The notes beneath the pieces are model-generated. The model worked only from the letters and a program-made list of their open reading frames with translations, was not told the origin of the DNA and did no database searches. Both the position numbers and the translations under genes were made by a program. Of a stretch of 64,000 bases of DNA, positions 11,238 through 23,400 are shown in pieces. Each line of letters begins with the position of its first letter. The stretch's first letter is position 1. This DNA comes from Pocillopora damicornis (lineage: Eukaryota), in contig NW_020846086.1 of the NCBI RefSeq assembly GCF_003704095.1, positions 62,001 through 126,000 on the forward strand, written 5' to 3'.

Positions 11238-14200
11238 TTACAACTCCCAGCGCTTATCATCTCTCATTGGTATGTCTGGTTTAGGGGCTGGTATGGTAGA
11301 TTTGTCATCCTGTATGAATGAGTAGTAATCTTCTGGCATATTTGTTGAAGCATTTAGGCAATCTTGGGAAAAGAAAAATATGCGTTAACAGGCTAATTCA
11401 AAGCGATCCTTGCAGTTATGAACACTACTCAATTAGTAGTGAAAATAAGGCCTGAAAAAAATTCAGGCCCGTACGGGATTTGAACCCATGACCTCTGCGA
11501 TACCGGTGCAGCGCTCCACCAGCTAACATAACAAGCCAACTGGGAGCTGCTTCTTATGTTGATTCCGAAGAAACCGTCGAAGTGGTGAATAAATTTACAT
11601 CCCGTTCTCAAGAAATCACTATTTAAAGACGGGTCATTGTTCTTCGCTGGGGGAGAGGGAAGGTAGGGTTCGAACAATTATGGGGGGATCACAAATGTGA
11701 TATGTGGTCGCCTCGTTAGCTCAGCGGTTAGAGCACTGGTCTTGTAAACCAGGGGTCGAGAGTTCAATTCTCTCACGGGGCTGGGCAAGTTTCCTTTTTG
11801 TCCTCTTCAAATAAAAAAAAAGTTTCAAATTATTGATATATTTGTTAGACTTAGAGTATGGTCTAAAACAATTATCTGATATTGTGTTAAGTTTTTTCAT
11901 TTGTGTGTCTATTTTTGGTGAAGGAGACTGCATTGATGGCGTGCTGTGATTGGCCAACAATTACGTCATATCTTATCCTAAATGCAGGGTGGCTTGATCA
12001 ATCCTCTGAGGCCCTGATTCTAGAAATTGTCTTCTGACTTCTTTTTCCTAGCCAATGAGAAAGCTTTATTAAACAAAAAACCAATCAGATTTTTAAATCT
12101 GCTTGTTTTAAGTTTGTTTTCAAGTAACCAATCAAATTACAAGATTTGAGAGACAACTTTTGCAAATTTTTTTATTGGGTCAACAAAATATTTGTGCGGA
12201 TTAAAAAAACTTGTATTTGAGTGGTTATTGGCCTCCTGGTGGAGTGCAATTTTGGTATAGAATTATAATTGTGATTTCAAATCAAACTCGCGCTGCGTGC
12301 TCGTTCGATTTTGAAAAAACGCATCAATTACCGTTATTCATCGACTGTAATCTCAATAATTGGGAGCTGAAAACATTAATCATCGTCTAAGGATTTTTCG
12401 GGGATCACATCAAGCTCCTCCAACCCCCTCCACCTCTTCCCCCAGGGCTGTAAATAATGATTAATCCTTGCATTATCGCAAGTGGCCGCCTCGTTAGCTC
12501 AGTGGTTAGAGCACTGGTCTTGTAAACCAGGGGTCGAGAGTTCAAATCTCTCACGGGGCTGAGCAGGCCTCCTTTTTGCTCACTTCAAATCAAAGTAGAA
12601 AACAAGTTTCCAATCACTGATAAATTTGCTAGATTTAGAGTATGGTCCAAAACAATTCTCTGATGTTGTATTTAAGTTGATTAATTTGCGTGTCTATTTG
12701 GTGAAGGAGACTGCATTGATAGCGTGCTATGATTGGTCAACAGTTGCGTCATATCTTGCCCTAAACGCAAGGTGGCTGTATCAATGAGAAAGCTTTATTA
12801 AACACAAAAACCAGTCAGATTTCTAAATCTACTTGTTTTGAGTTACACGATTTCAGAGACAACTTTTGCAAATATTTTTACTGGATCAACAAAATATTTG
12901 TGCAGACTAAAAAATCCTGTATTTGAGTGACTGGATTTTGTAACTTCAAATGAATTTAATAAAGCGGTTATTGTACTGAGTAGGTGCAATTTTGGGATGA
13001 AATTATACTTGTGATTTCAAATCAAACTCGCGCTGCGTGCTCGTTCGTTTTCGAAATAACGCATCCATTACCGTTATTCATCGACTATAATCTCGATATT
13101 TGGGAGCTGAAAACAATACGTACCTTGTTCATTTTCGTCCAGAATTCGTTCTACACACAGCCAGTCCATTAGATTTTCCTTTTGACTACTTAAGTACCAC
13201 TGCGTTATATCATCCTCATGGCTTTCCAACATATGAATACACTGAGAAACAAAGGGCATCAGATAATATTTAATCAAAAATAATTGTTAAAATGATAATA
13301 ATAATGCTGATAGTCCCTTGGACTTGATCCCATTTTTTTCATTCATTTATTATCAGCTAACTCGAACTCAGTGAACTGGAACTTCCTAATTTTACTTTCC
13401 TTGGCTCATATTTACCCTGATAACTGAACTTGAACTAAAAACGTCGTTCGATAAATGTAAAAATGTCAAAATAGTGCCGATTGAACGTCCCATTCTTTAA
13501 TCGCGATTGATATGGAAGTGATAGCTTGCATTTATGAAAACGTAACACATTTAGATAAATCTCCCAAACGATAGGTTCTTGAATAGAATCCTTTATGAAA
13601 TAAACTCAGTGTTTGAAAACGNNNNNNNNNNNNNNNNNNNNNNNNNNNNNNNNNNNNNNNNNNNNNNNNNNNNNNNNNNNNNNNNNNNNNNNNNNNNNNN
13701 NNNNNNNNNNNNNNNNNNNNNNNNNNNNNNNNNNNNNNNNNNNNNNNNNNNNNNNNNNNNNNNNNNNNNNNNNNNNNNNNNNNNNNNNNNNNNNNNNNNN
13801 NAGCTTGTACTTTTACAAGTTTCTTAATATGAATGATGGCGTCATGGCGCAATTAATCACATTTATTAGGCCGTCCGGCTCAGCTAAGAAAGCACTTCCT
13901 CGCTGATGTCAACAGATAACGAAAGACTACTTCTTGTGCCCGAGGGCCAGTGAGATGTGTCCTCTGTGTGTTCCAAATGCCAGAAATGATTGAAGATTAA
14001 ACACGCCATATATTCTTCATTGGGCATTCAAAACGCTAATACGCTCTGCGAATACTCAAGAAAAAACAGACTGTTTCGACCTGAACCCACTTCGTCCGTT
14101 TGAAACACTTTCTCCGCTCAGTGTGTGGATAGAGCGGTTTGACTGGCAAGTTTTGCCATTTGAAAAACGGCCTTTATTTGAGTTAATAAGAATTTTAGCC

Positions 14201-16565
14201 TGGGAGGAAAGGCAGAAAGGGTTGAATAGATGGAGGCGAAACTTGTTAACCTTGAATTTGAGTCTCCCCATTTCATAAGTGTAGTCTTCTACGACTTCAT
14301 CCGGTAGCTCGTAATTAAGTTTAACTTTTGATTTCTCTTGCATATCTTCCAAAACTTCTCGAAGTTGACTTTTAGCTGAAAAATAAAAAAGAATTATTAT
14401 GCCGCATTCCAATTGCAAGTCTAACCTTGACAGCTTCATCGCTCGTAATGATAGAATTTAAAGGTCCGATTGTCTAATTAATAAATAGATTCCGTGTTAT
14501 CGTGTGTTTGATCAGTTACTATAGTAGATCACAAATGACGTAAAGTGTTGTATTTTTGACGTCATCTGTGCGTCTGTCCTCCAACAGTCTAACACAAAGT
14601 TTTAATGACAGTGATGGAATCTATAAAACATGCATGCTCCTTTAAGGTTCTTGTCAAATTTTCTTTTCTAAATACTGTAAAAAGTATCTTTGCAATTTTG
14701 TTCGGATGAAATAACTGGGTCACAAACCTCCTTTAATGTAAGGAAATTCAGGACCAGGCCTAGCGCGGTAAAGTTTCATTCTCTCGCACAAATTGTCCAA
14801 GACGTCCAAGAGACGAAGCTCCCTTAAAGGATGAAATACACGTGATAAGATATCTGTGGTCAGCTGACACGGGTTGGAAACAGCCAACTTGGACATGTTA
14901 TATTATGCTAATATTGTCGAGATGCACTAACAGGATGGTAGCGCATTGAACCCTTCAGTTGATATGATTCTCATATCCCCCCCAAGCTGGTGAACATTTC
15001 CCCGTCACTAATTTGAGAGTATTCTATGAGGGTTAAATCTTTCAGCGGATAAAAGTTGTCTATTCTCATCAACTGTTTGCAGAATAACGTATTGTCATGC
15101 TAAGGAGAGTTTACATACAAATCACACCAAGGGGTTGGGGTTTTGTGCGTGGTAGAAAGAACTCACGATTTTTCATAATGGATACTTTTCTCCTGATTGT
15201 CTAGATCTTCAAGTAAATATCCTCGAGGTACATCCTCCCGACGATTCGTTTTCTTCATTTGCTCTAGAAACTCGGTAACAAGAAGTCGACACACTGAAAC
15301 AAAACAGATATGTTTATTTAATATATTATGTTTATTTAATAAGCTGCCGCTTATAATCCGTGGGCTCATACAACTTCGTAAGGGTTCATAGGTGGGATAA
15401 TAAACAGAGGGCCTTACGTGCGGGGGGCTTATGACAGGAATAGAAAAAGCGCTTCGGAACGAGCTATAGAAATGCTGATCAAAATGGGTTTTGTTTTCAT
15501 TGGTTTTTAATCAGGCTTCAATATGTCACAGTAAATCCAATACTTTTAACTACATTTAGAAAATAATTAAAACCAACTGGAAAATAACAAAACGGAAGTT
15601 CAGACGTACTTTTCCCTCGCAGTTCGTCTTTCACCATCAAAAATAAGTAATGAACTCATTGCTCCGCAACAATTTTTCAAAATTTCTGTTTGATGTCGTA
15701 GAGAGTTCTCAGAGTAAACAAGAAAAGTTACAAGAAGAAATGTGAAGGGGAATATTTAAGACCGGACGAATTTTTTGTTTTCAGGTAGATGGGCCTATAA
15801 CCAGGGAGGCTTATAAGTGGAGAGGAGGAAGGGCTTATGAGCGGCAATTTACGGTATTATTAATGTTCTTTTACTTTTCATGTGTCAATTCAAAACCTGT
15901 TTATAGCAAGTTGATGCGGCTAGATTTTAAACTGAGGTTGATTTTCTGAAAACGGTCTTTGAAAAGTAGACCATACTATTAAAAGCTACAAACCAGAGCT
16001 TTAAAAGAGTTTAACGACGATAATTATGCGATGTGAGAGTCGTTCAAATCTGATACTGATAGAAAGATCTCACAAGCTTTTCGGATCCTAGTTGAATGTA
16101 ACCATGCGGTAAAATGTCCTCAACAGAAAACTAAGAGAATTACGTGTGGCTTAATTTTTTTTAAATTTAACTTGAAAAACAATTCAGTCAAAGATTTTGT
16201 TTAAAAACGGACTTATTTTGAAATTGTCACTCAACTTAAACCGATATGAGGTATTAAGATATACTGTAGTTATTTCCACAGTAATAACGGCTAAAATCAG
16301 TTAATTGTAGCAATTGAGTTTTGTTCGTCATATTTTCCACCTGAGTTTAATTTTACAATCTTGTTTAAGACGTATAACATTGCTTACCTTGGCATTTTGT
16401 GGGTCTTAAATTAGCTTCCTGGTGAAACTTTGTAATATATGGATTAATTTTCTTCTCTTTATCTGCTCCAGGTCCTACTTTTATCCTCTCCTCGCATAAT
16501 ATGTTCCGTATAACAAACAAGACGTAAATACTTGAAAAAAGTAATGGTGATGCCGTTAAATACAT
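11238..16565 (-). CDS. Canopy family (CNPY3/4-like) saposin-fold ER protein, paralog A, 6 exons, 255 aa, C-terminal RWEL
   Basis: Exons 16388-16565, 15167-15293, 14728-14822, 14251-14375, 13124-13241, 11238-11362 (768 nt, all GT-AG, phases consistent). Signal peptide, then six Cys in the Canopy pattern: PTKCQVCRLL..YEKSELRLLDVLDNLCERM..LKFKCIHMLESHEDDITQWY..DWLCVERIL..DCL. Confidence 0.88.
11401..11590 (-). mobile_element. tRNA-derived SINE
   Basis: Minus strand has a tRNA-like head with B-box GGTTCAAATCCC (..GCAGAGGTCATGGGTTCAAATCCCGTACGGGCCTGAATTTTTTTCAGGCC) but no valid cloverleaf. Confidence 0.65.
11710..11782 (+). tRNA. tRNA-Thr (anticodon TGT)
   Basis: Full cloverleaf: acceptor GCCTCGT/ACGGGGC, D stem GCTC/GAGC, anticodon arm CTGGT-CTTGTAA-ACCAG, T arm GAGAG-TTCAATT-CTCTC. 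A T-run terminator follows. Confidence 0.95.
12488..12560 (+). tRNA. tRNA-Thr (anticodon TGT), second copy
   Basis: Same cloverleaf, differing only in the D loop (AGTGG vs AGCGG) and T loop (TTCAAAT vs TTCAATT). TTTTT terminator about 12 nt downstream. Confidence 0.95.
13622..13801. other. Assembly gap (180 N) inside intron 4 of Canopy paralog A
   Basis: Run of N. The flanking exons join in frame, so no coding sequence needs to be missing. Confidence 0.98.
15342..15856. mobile_element. Degenerate MITE-like insertion in intron 1 of Canopy paralog A
   Basis: Left AAGCTGCCGCTTATAATCC and right GGGCTTATGAGCGGCAATTT are imperfect inverted ends. Subterminal GGGCTTAT repeats are present. Confidence 0.45.
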
Positions 16566-17773
16566 TCTGAAACAAGAATGAGCACTTTTAAAATGATTCC
16601 CCTTTCCTTCACAAACGTTGGTCCACATAAAATTGTGTGGATTTTTTTCGGCAATGTTTTTAATTTTAATGTTCGAAAGTTATATCAGTATTATGATTTG
16701 ATGTTTTCTTATGTAAGCGATTATGCTATCTGTGAACTACTGATTGGCTCTTTTAAGCAACTTTCAATGTAACACAAACAGCTTAGCAAACACTTTCATG
16801 CGTTTTAATTATTTCCGCTTATTAATGAGCTTCAAAGTTTTCTTTTAGGAGCTTCAGAGATTATTATTTCTAAACAGATCATATAACAGTTTAAAAACAC
16901 CTGTGCTCCAAAACTTCCTTGTAAAAGTTTACCTTTAAAAAATTATTGGTGAAATATCGGAGAATACTTTTTAAAAACCTTTGTTAAGCGATGAGTCAAA
17001 GGAGGAGGATATATCACAATATGAAAAAAAATTACTGAAAAAGGGAATAATACGAAACAACTGAGACAAAAAAAAATCGTAGAAACACTAGAAAAGTCCT
17101 TTTACTTTTCCATTGAATTAAAGTTTTCTTATTTCATTTTATATATTATATTCTACAAATAAAACATGAAGCTTCAGCGTTTGAATAGAAACTCAGTTGT
17201 GTTTCAAATTTCAGGTTCTAGAAAGAATAAAGTGTCATTATTTCTCCACACGGAATAGTTCGATCTTCATGTTTACCCAGCCGACTGGCTCCAGCTGCGT
17301 TTGCGACACGTCATTTGTAACTCGCACAGACAACGGGTTCGCTTTCTTTAAATCCATCAAAATAACTAGTCACTGAAGAATACTGCAGTATGATTTCTCT
17401 TTGCAAACGGAGAAACTGGCGGTGAATAATCATTTTTAAAGCATTCGAGTTTCAGTGGAAGGATATCTCTTTATGAACACTAAATGGTTTGTCTCATTGC
17501 ATACATTAGCGAATAACAATAGAACAAATTATACAATGGCACTGTGCCACGATAAATAACAATGAATGAGACAAACGTCCTCAACGATTGTCAACGATCT
17601 AAACTTTTTTCGCTTGCTACCAATACAGCATAACCGTAACTCGCACAACTGATTGAGTGTCACAATCCGTCTTTAGTTTTTTATTTCCTTTGTGCCCACT
17701 CATCTTTAACAAAACTTCGTTGAAGAAATCCTCGACAAGTTTTAAGCTATTTTCACCGAAGTGTGCATGGAAA

Positions 17774-20332
17774 ATGCGTTTATCTTCGAGGTATTGCGCG
17801 GCTTTTGTTCTAGTTTTCCTATGGACTACAATATACGCTAAAGACTTTGAGAACGAGTATGAAATTATCGATGGAATTAGAATCAAAAAAGAATCGATTG
17901 TAACGATAAAAGAGCAAGACGACAAGAAACGTGAAAAGAACGGACGATCAGACTTGGATGAAGGCGAAGAAGTTTCGGAGGAAGACGAAGACGATGATTA
18001 TGACGATGACGAGGATGATAGCGATGATGGGGGAGAAGGAGACTTAGAAACAGCCAAGCATCTTCCAACAAAATGTCATGGTGAGTCTAAATAAACGAAG
18101 CTGCCCAAAGGAAATAATGAATGCTTGTTATTGCGAGTGTAATACTTTGTACTCTTTTCAAGTTTGTAGACTATTGGCGGTTGAAGTTGAGAATAAGCTT
18201 ACAAAGATTGCAAGGATTAGAAAACCCCGGGAGACCAGGCCTCCGATTTACTACAAAGAGTAAGAAATATTTCTTATTTATGATTGAAATAACTCATTGT
18301 TAGCTCATTTGTTACAGTATGTTATTCGTGCATCTTAAAGTAAGCAAAAAGGATCCTCTCAGACAACAAGAAAAGGATATTTGTGAACTTTGAGGGAACG
18401 AAGATCTCTCTCATCGTAATGCACCATTTTTTTAACACCAGACAGCCTTCATTTTTTATTTCTCTTCCATAACAGGGAACTAGTTATGTTGAGGGTTACG
18501 GAGAACATATGTGACGCAATGACGAAGTACAGCGTCAGAGCAAAGGTTCCTTTTAGATATAAACGGGGAGGTAAGTACCGTTCCAAACGTAAAACAACTA
18601 TAGTCAAAGGGGAGAGGCTTAGGCAGGCAATATTGAGTTATTGATGTTGGCAAAAGGAGGAGTTTAAGTGTAAATGCGGGCTTGTTTCAGCAAGCTGACG
18701 AACCTTGCACTAGTTTCTGTAGCATGAGTCGTTTAGAAGTACCTATAGTAAGTAAATTCCTAATTTATAGGTGAATGGTGCACTAGTTTATCAAAGATTA
18801 CACCCTTGCAATCCTTTTCAGTCAGTCGCTATTCATTTCAATGCTTTCTCTATCAATTTAAAGTTCATTGATCACGCGAAGGAAGTCATAAAAATAATAC
18901 TACAGATATATATCGTGTTGAAGACCAGTTTCTCGTGACTCACAAAAACTTTTAGTTATCACGCAGCAAACGATAAGATTGCGCTTGCGGTCCACAGATA
19001 AGCCGCTTGTGGGACGCGAACGGTGTATAGGTTTTAAAGGCGCTACGTTCCGAAATTCTAGTTCAAGTGTAGAGGAATATTTGACGAAGAAACACCAAAT
19101 AAAATTAAAGTTTAAAGCAAAAGTAACAAGGGTAAGTAATGAACACGGAATGCTAATGGTGAACTTGAGAGATAAGGATTCTTTTTTCAAGATTGGTTGA
19201 ACATAATGGTTGAAGATGGCTTCTGGAGTAAAGAACAACAAAGGGTACAAACAAGGCTTTAATACCTACAGCATTCAAATCATTTACAGTCTGATATACC
19301 GCTTGTGGATTTTTTCGTTTTCAGTAAAAAGTATATTCCGCAAGCAAATTGAAGAGATCACAAAAGATTCTCGAATTCAAAAGTGGGTGTTTGCTACGCC
19401 AGAAGAGGACATTGATGATCCAACAGGCGAAATAAGACGGCTCAAGGAACAGGTACGCCAAATTCAAATTGTAAAAAAAAATTGATTAAGTAAGTAAAAG
19501 TTTTCATTTGTTAAATTCACTATAGGTATAGCATTTACTTTAACTTTGGTAACTTTCTTCTATTAAGTTACTACCTAGAACTGAATTACATTAAGTGTAT
19601 GTGAATATGACATATTTCAGGGTTTAAAACATTCTTCTAATATAAATTAGATTTTTTTTTTCTGCAGTTGGTGCTCTGTCGTAATGACTGATATCGAGAG
19701 AGTATCAGCTGATATTCTCTGCTGATATCAGTTGTTTTCTCATTGTACTATGTAAATCGTGCTTTGTCTATGTACACATGCGACATTGACATACAGCTAT
19801 AGTCCCGACATTCTGATAATCAAAACTAGTAGTGGTTAATCTCTTAAAATCTACCAGCTTACAAACTAGCTTTAGACAACACACACGCGACTACCGGTAT
19901 CAGTTGAGAGACCAACAGCGAAAGCAAACAATTCTCAACCTTTTTTCCATTTTTCCTTTGATATAGTGCCACGAAATGTTAAAGGAGACGCAAAAACTGT
20001 TCATCCATTGGTTTATGAAGGCGCAATCTCGTGACTTGACCAAATGGCTCTGTGCCAAGAGAGTTTTAGTTGATGACGACAAAGGTATGTATGTTTATTT
20101 CCCTTAAATAGTTGCGACGTACATTACCATTTATTTCGTTAACCACCGGCACAAGGCTACTTTCATGCAATTAACATCTCAGTTACAGTCTTGATAAAAT
20201 TTATTGTCTTTTTCTTCCACAGGATGCCTACAAGTTGATATGCCCAGGAGTAACCGAGTTGCAGCATTGAGACAAAAGAAAGAAAAGATCGCAGAAAACA
20301 AGACAACTAGTGCTTCGCATGAAGAACTTTGA
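17774..20332 (+). CDS. Canopy family (CNPY3/4-like) saposin-fold ER protein, paralog B, 6 exons, 284 aa, C-terminal HEEL
   Basis: Exons 17774-18080, 18163-18259, 18476-18570, 19325-19452, 19967-20084, 20223-20332 (855 nt). Signal peptide, acidic tract, then LPTKCHVCRLL..ENICDAM..IDDPTGEIRRLKEQCHEML..KWLCAKRVL..GCL..HEEL*. Intron positions and phases match paralog A. Confidence 0.9.
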
Positions 20333-20475
20333 TAAATCATAACTATGATTAAACATAGTCTAACATTTTGTTTGATCTTTATATATTTTAATTCAGGAAA
20401 AAAGATATAAAACACGTTCATAAAGTTAGAAAAGTTTTTCGCTTTAACAACGTCTTAAAATATACAAAAAGCCAC

Positions 20476-23400
20476 CTAAAACTCGTCAGCGTCTGCTAAA
20501 TTTGTTAATAAATAAAACAATCGTCTCTGCTCCAGAAGGTCATTCAAACTTCCTTGTTCAAGTATGCGCCCGTGGTAAATAAGAATAATGTAGTCTGCAG
20601 TTTCAATTGTTTGTCTCCGTCTTGTGAGTATGATACAGGTTTTATCTCGGCAAAGGATATCAGTGGCATCAGTCACAGCCTGCGGACCAAAATAGGTCAA
20701 TTCATCGTGTTATTTTACTTCTGAGGCAGTCATGAAACTCATTGGAAAACGCCGCGAGATTGGGAAGAAAACTGGCCAACCCTCTGACAGACTGACCGAC
20801 CGACTAACAGACTGAATGACTAGCTGGTTCACTGACTGACTGAACAACTGGGTGAGTTACTAAATGCCTGACTGAATGCCTGACTGACTGAATGACAGAC
20901 TGACTGACTGACTGACTGACCAACTGACTGACTGACTGACTGACTGACTAGCTGGCTCACTGACTGACTGACTGAATAACCTAAATGCCTGACTGACTTA
21001 CTGAGTGACAGACCGATTGACTGACTGACTGACTGGCTGACTGACTGACTGATTGATTGACTGAATGACAGACTGACTGACTGGCTGGCTGGCTCGTTGA
21101 CTGTCTAACGACTGACTGGCTGGCTCGCAGACTGACTGAACGACTGACTGGTTGACTGACTGGCTGACTGAGTATGAACAACCGGACAAAGGAACTGACT
21201 GGCTGGTAATAGGACTAATTGACTGACTGTTTACGTGATTCACATAGGTGGACGACTGAGTTAATGAATGACTGAATGAAAAAATGGACAATAGATGAAC
21301 GCATTGATGAACGCATAATCTAACAGTCGTTCGTTCTAATCTCTTTCCTTAAATATAATCATAATACCTGATCTTCTTCTTCCAGCTCATCTAAAATGAT
21401 GATTGGCGATTCTCGGATAATTGCCCGTGCTATAACGATCCTTAGTTTCTGACTATCGCTCAATTTGATTTGATCTTCATCAGGAATTGTTTCATAACTC
21501 TAAAACAGACAGCGAGAACGAACCATTGAAAAGGTTGAAAAATGAATAACTTATCTCCATATGGAGCTATTTTTCAAACCTTTACTTTTTACATGATTAC
21601 AATCAATGAATCAGGAAACTAATGAATCACTATCAACGATAGAAACGCAGACGTTGCTATACCACATTCCTCAAACTTTGGCAAAAAATTAAAAGAATTT
21701 AGTTATGCTAACCGAAGACTTTTGGAGAACTGATGTTTTACAGTGCTTATATAGGGAGGAACACTTTCTTTTATCTCTGCTTCATTATTTCAGCCTTCTA
21801 TTTTATTGGCTCGAACGCAAACAATTGTTCTCTTTTGAAGATCAACTCTAAGTATTTGTCACTCAAACTGTAGCAATCTGTACGATTTAGTTGATCAGTT
21901 CGTTACCTTTGGCAAATCCACGATAAATTCGTGTGCATACGCTGAATAGGCAGCGTCCTCAATTTCCGTTTGTGTCACGAGCCTTCCTTTGTCGCCATAA
22001 GCAATATTCTCAGCAATACTGTAATGTGACAGGAAACATCGATGGGACACTACTGCATGATGGGATCGTAACCAAGAAAGATCCAGATTGCGAATATCTG
22101 CTCCATCTAAAAGCTAAAACGAATGCAGAGTTAAAAACGTATATTCAAACGAGCCCTAATCGCTATAATATATGATAGACGACGCTGCGGGCAAAGGAGA
22201 ATTTAGTATACACCATTAACTACAGAGCAAGCTTAGTTAATTGAGGGACGCATTCAGGAAAATAGAGGTGTCCATTTTATGAAGACAACAGATGATAAAG
22301 TCGTAAGAAAATGTTTTCAATCAAGATCAAAGACTGCGTCCATTGAATAAGGCAGTTTATCCTTTTAAGATCTGCTTTCGTGCTGTCGCTCTTGTTGCTG
22401 GTTTTTTTGTTTGTTTGTTTGACTGTTTGTTTGCCTGGCGCGGGACGGGATTTGTCGATGATGCGTTCAAAAAAGCAAATAACTAACATTTTGTTGAAAG
22501 AAGATCACTGAATGGAATTTTTTAGCTCCATACAAATATATGAGGCAAAGTTACATCGTTTAGAGAAGTGTTTATTGTAAACTGTAAAATGAAGTTATGA
22601 TGTTTACCAAGTTTCCCTTGACAGGATCAAAGAAACGCTCCAATAAAAGTTCAAATGGATTCACTTTATCGCTGTCCAGTTGAACAATAGCCAGTTTTTG
22701 TCCACTGCTGACCCTCACGCTCAGCTGGCTCAGTAACGGAGCGTCGTTATGGAGTGGATCTGGAAGTTCAACATGTTTAAACTCCAAGTTTCCTTCAACC
22801 TCATCCTGCGTGAAAAATTACTTTAGTTTAAAAACTTTCAAACTCTTCTGATACCAATAACCAGACTTTTGATCGCACGTTTATTCTGTTATTCATATAT
22901 TTAAGTGATTCCTTACAAAATCTTTTTTTGGTAAAACATAAACAACTTTTTCCATTTATTAAAGCATCTCTTAACTTTCATGCATGACATCTCGGTTGGA
23001 AACTCTTTAGTTCACTTGCAAATCAAAGGAACGAGGCAGAAAGATTATTGAAGCCTCATTAACTAATGGTAAACTCACAAATTAATCAATGTAAAAGCTC
23101 ACCAACTTGTCACCAATGTGATCTTGCACGTCTAGTGACTCGTCGTCAAAGAGTCTGTTCAGCGAATCTTCATTCTCTTCATGCGCGTGGGACGGCGCTC
23201 GTGAACTTGACGTTGCATACGAACCAAACAGTACAGTCATTAACACTCTAAAACAAAAGGAGAAATATTTTTATCACATAAACTGCGGTGTTATACAGGG
23301 ATTTCCAGCTCTGAGAAAAGCCACAACAGCACACGTGAAAAAAAATCGTATTTTTTCACGTGTGGTGATATAGCCAATCGGCTGCTGACACGTCACTCGC

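Larger units (their letters stand above)
11703..13116 (+). repeat. Diverged tandem duplication (~780-bp period), each unit carrying one tRNA-Thr
   Basis: 11703-12375 aligns with 12481-13116. Shared blocks include TTAGAGTATGGTC, GGTGAAGGAGACTGCATTGAT, ATCAAACTCGCGCTGCGTGCTCGTTCG and TGGGAGCTGAAAACA. Confidence 0.85.

Noticed and set aside
14056-14250. C-terminal part of the 127-aa ORF
   Set aside because: Read-through past the donor AAG|GTTAAC at 14250. The Canopy Cys pattern continues in exon 13124-13241.
20981-21291. SQSV-rich ORFs (also 33838-34086)
   Set aside because: These are translations of (GACT)n microsatellites inside ABCB introns.
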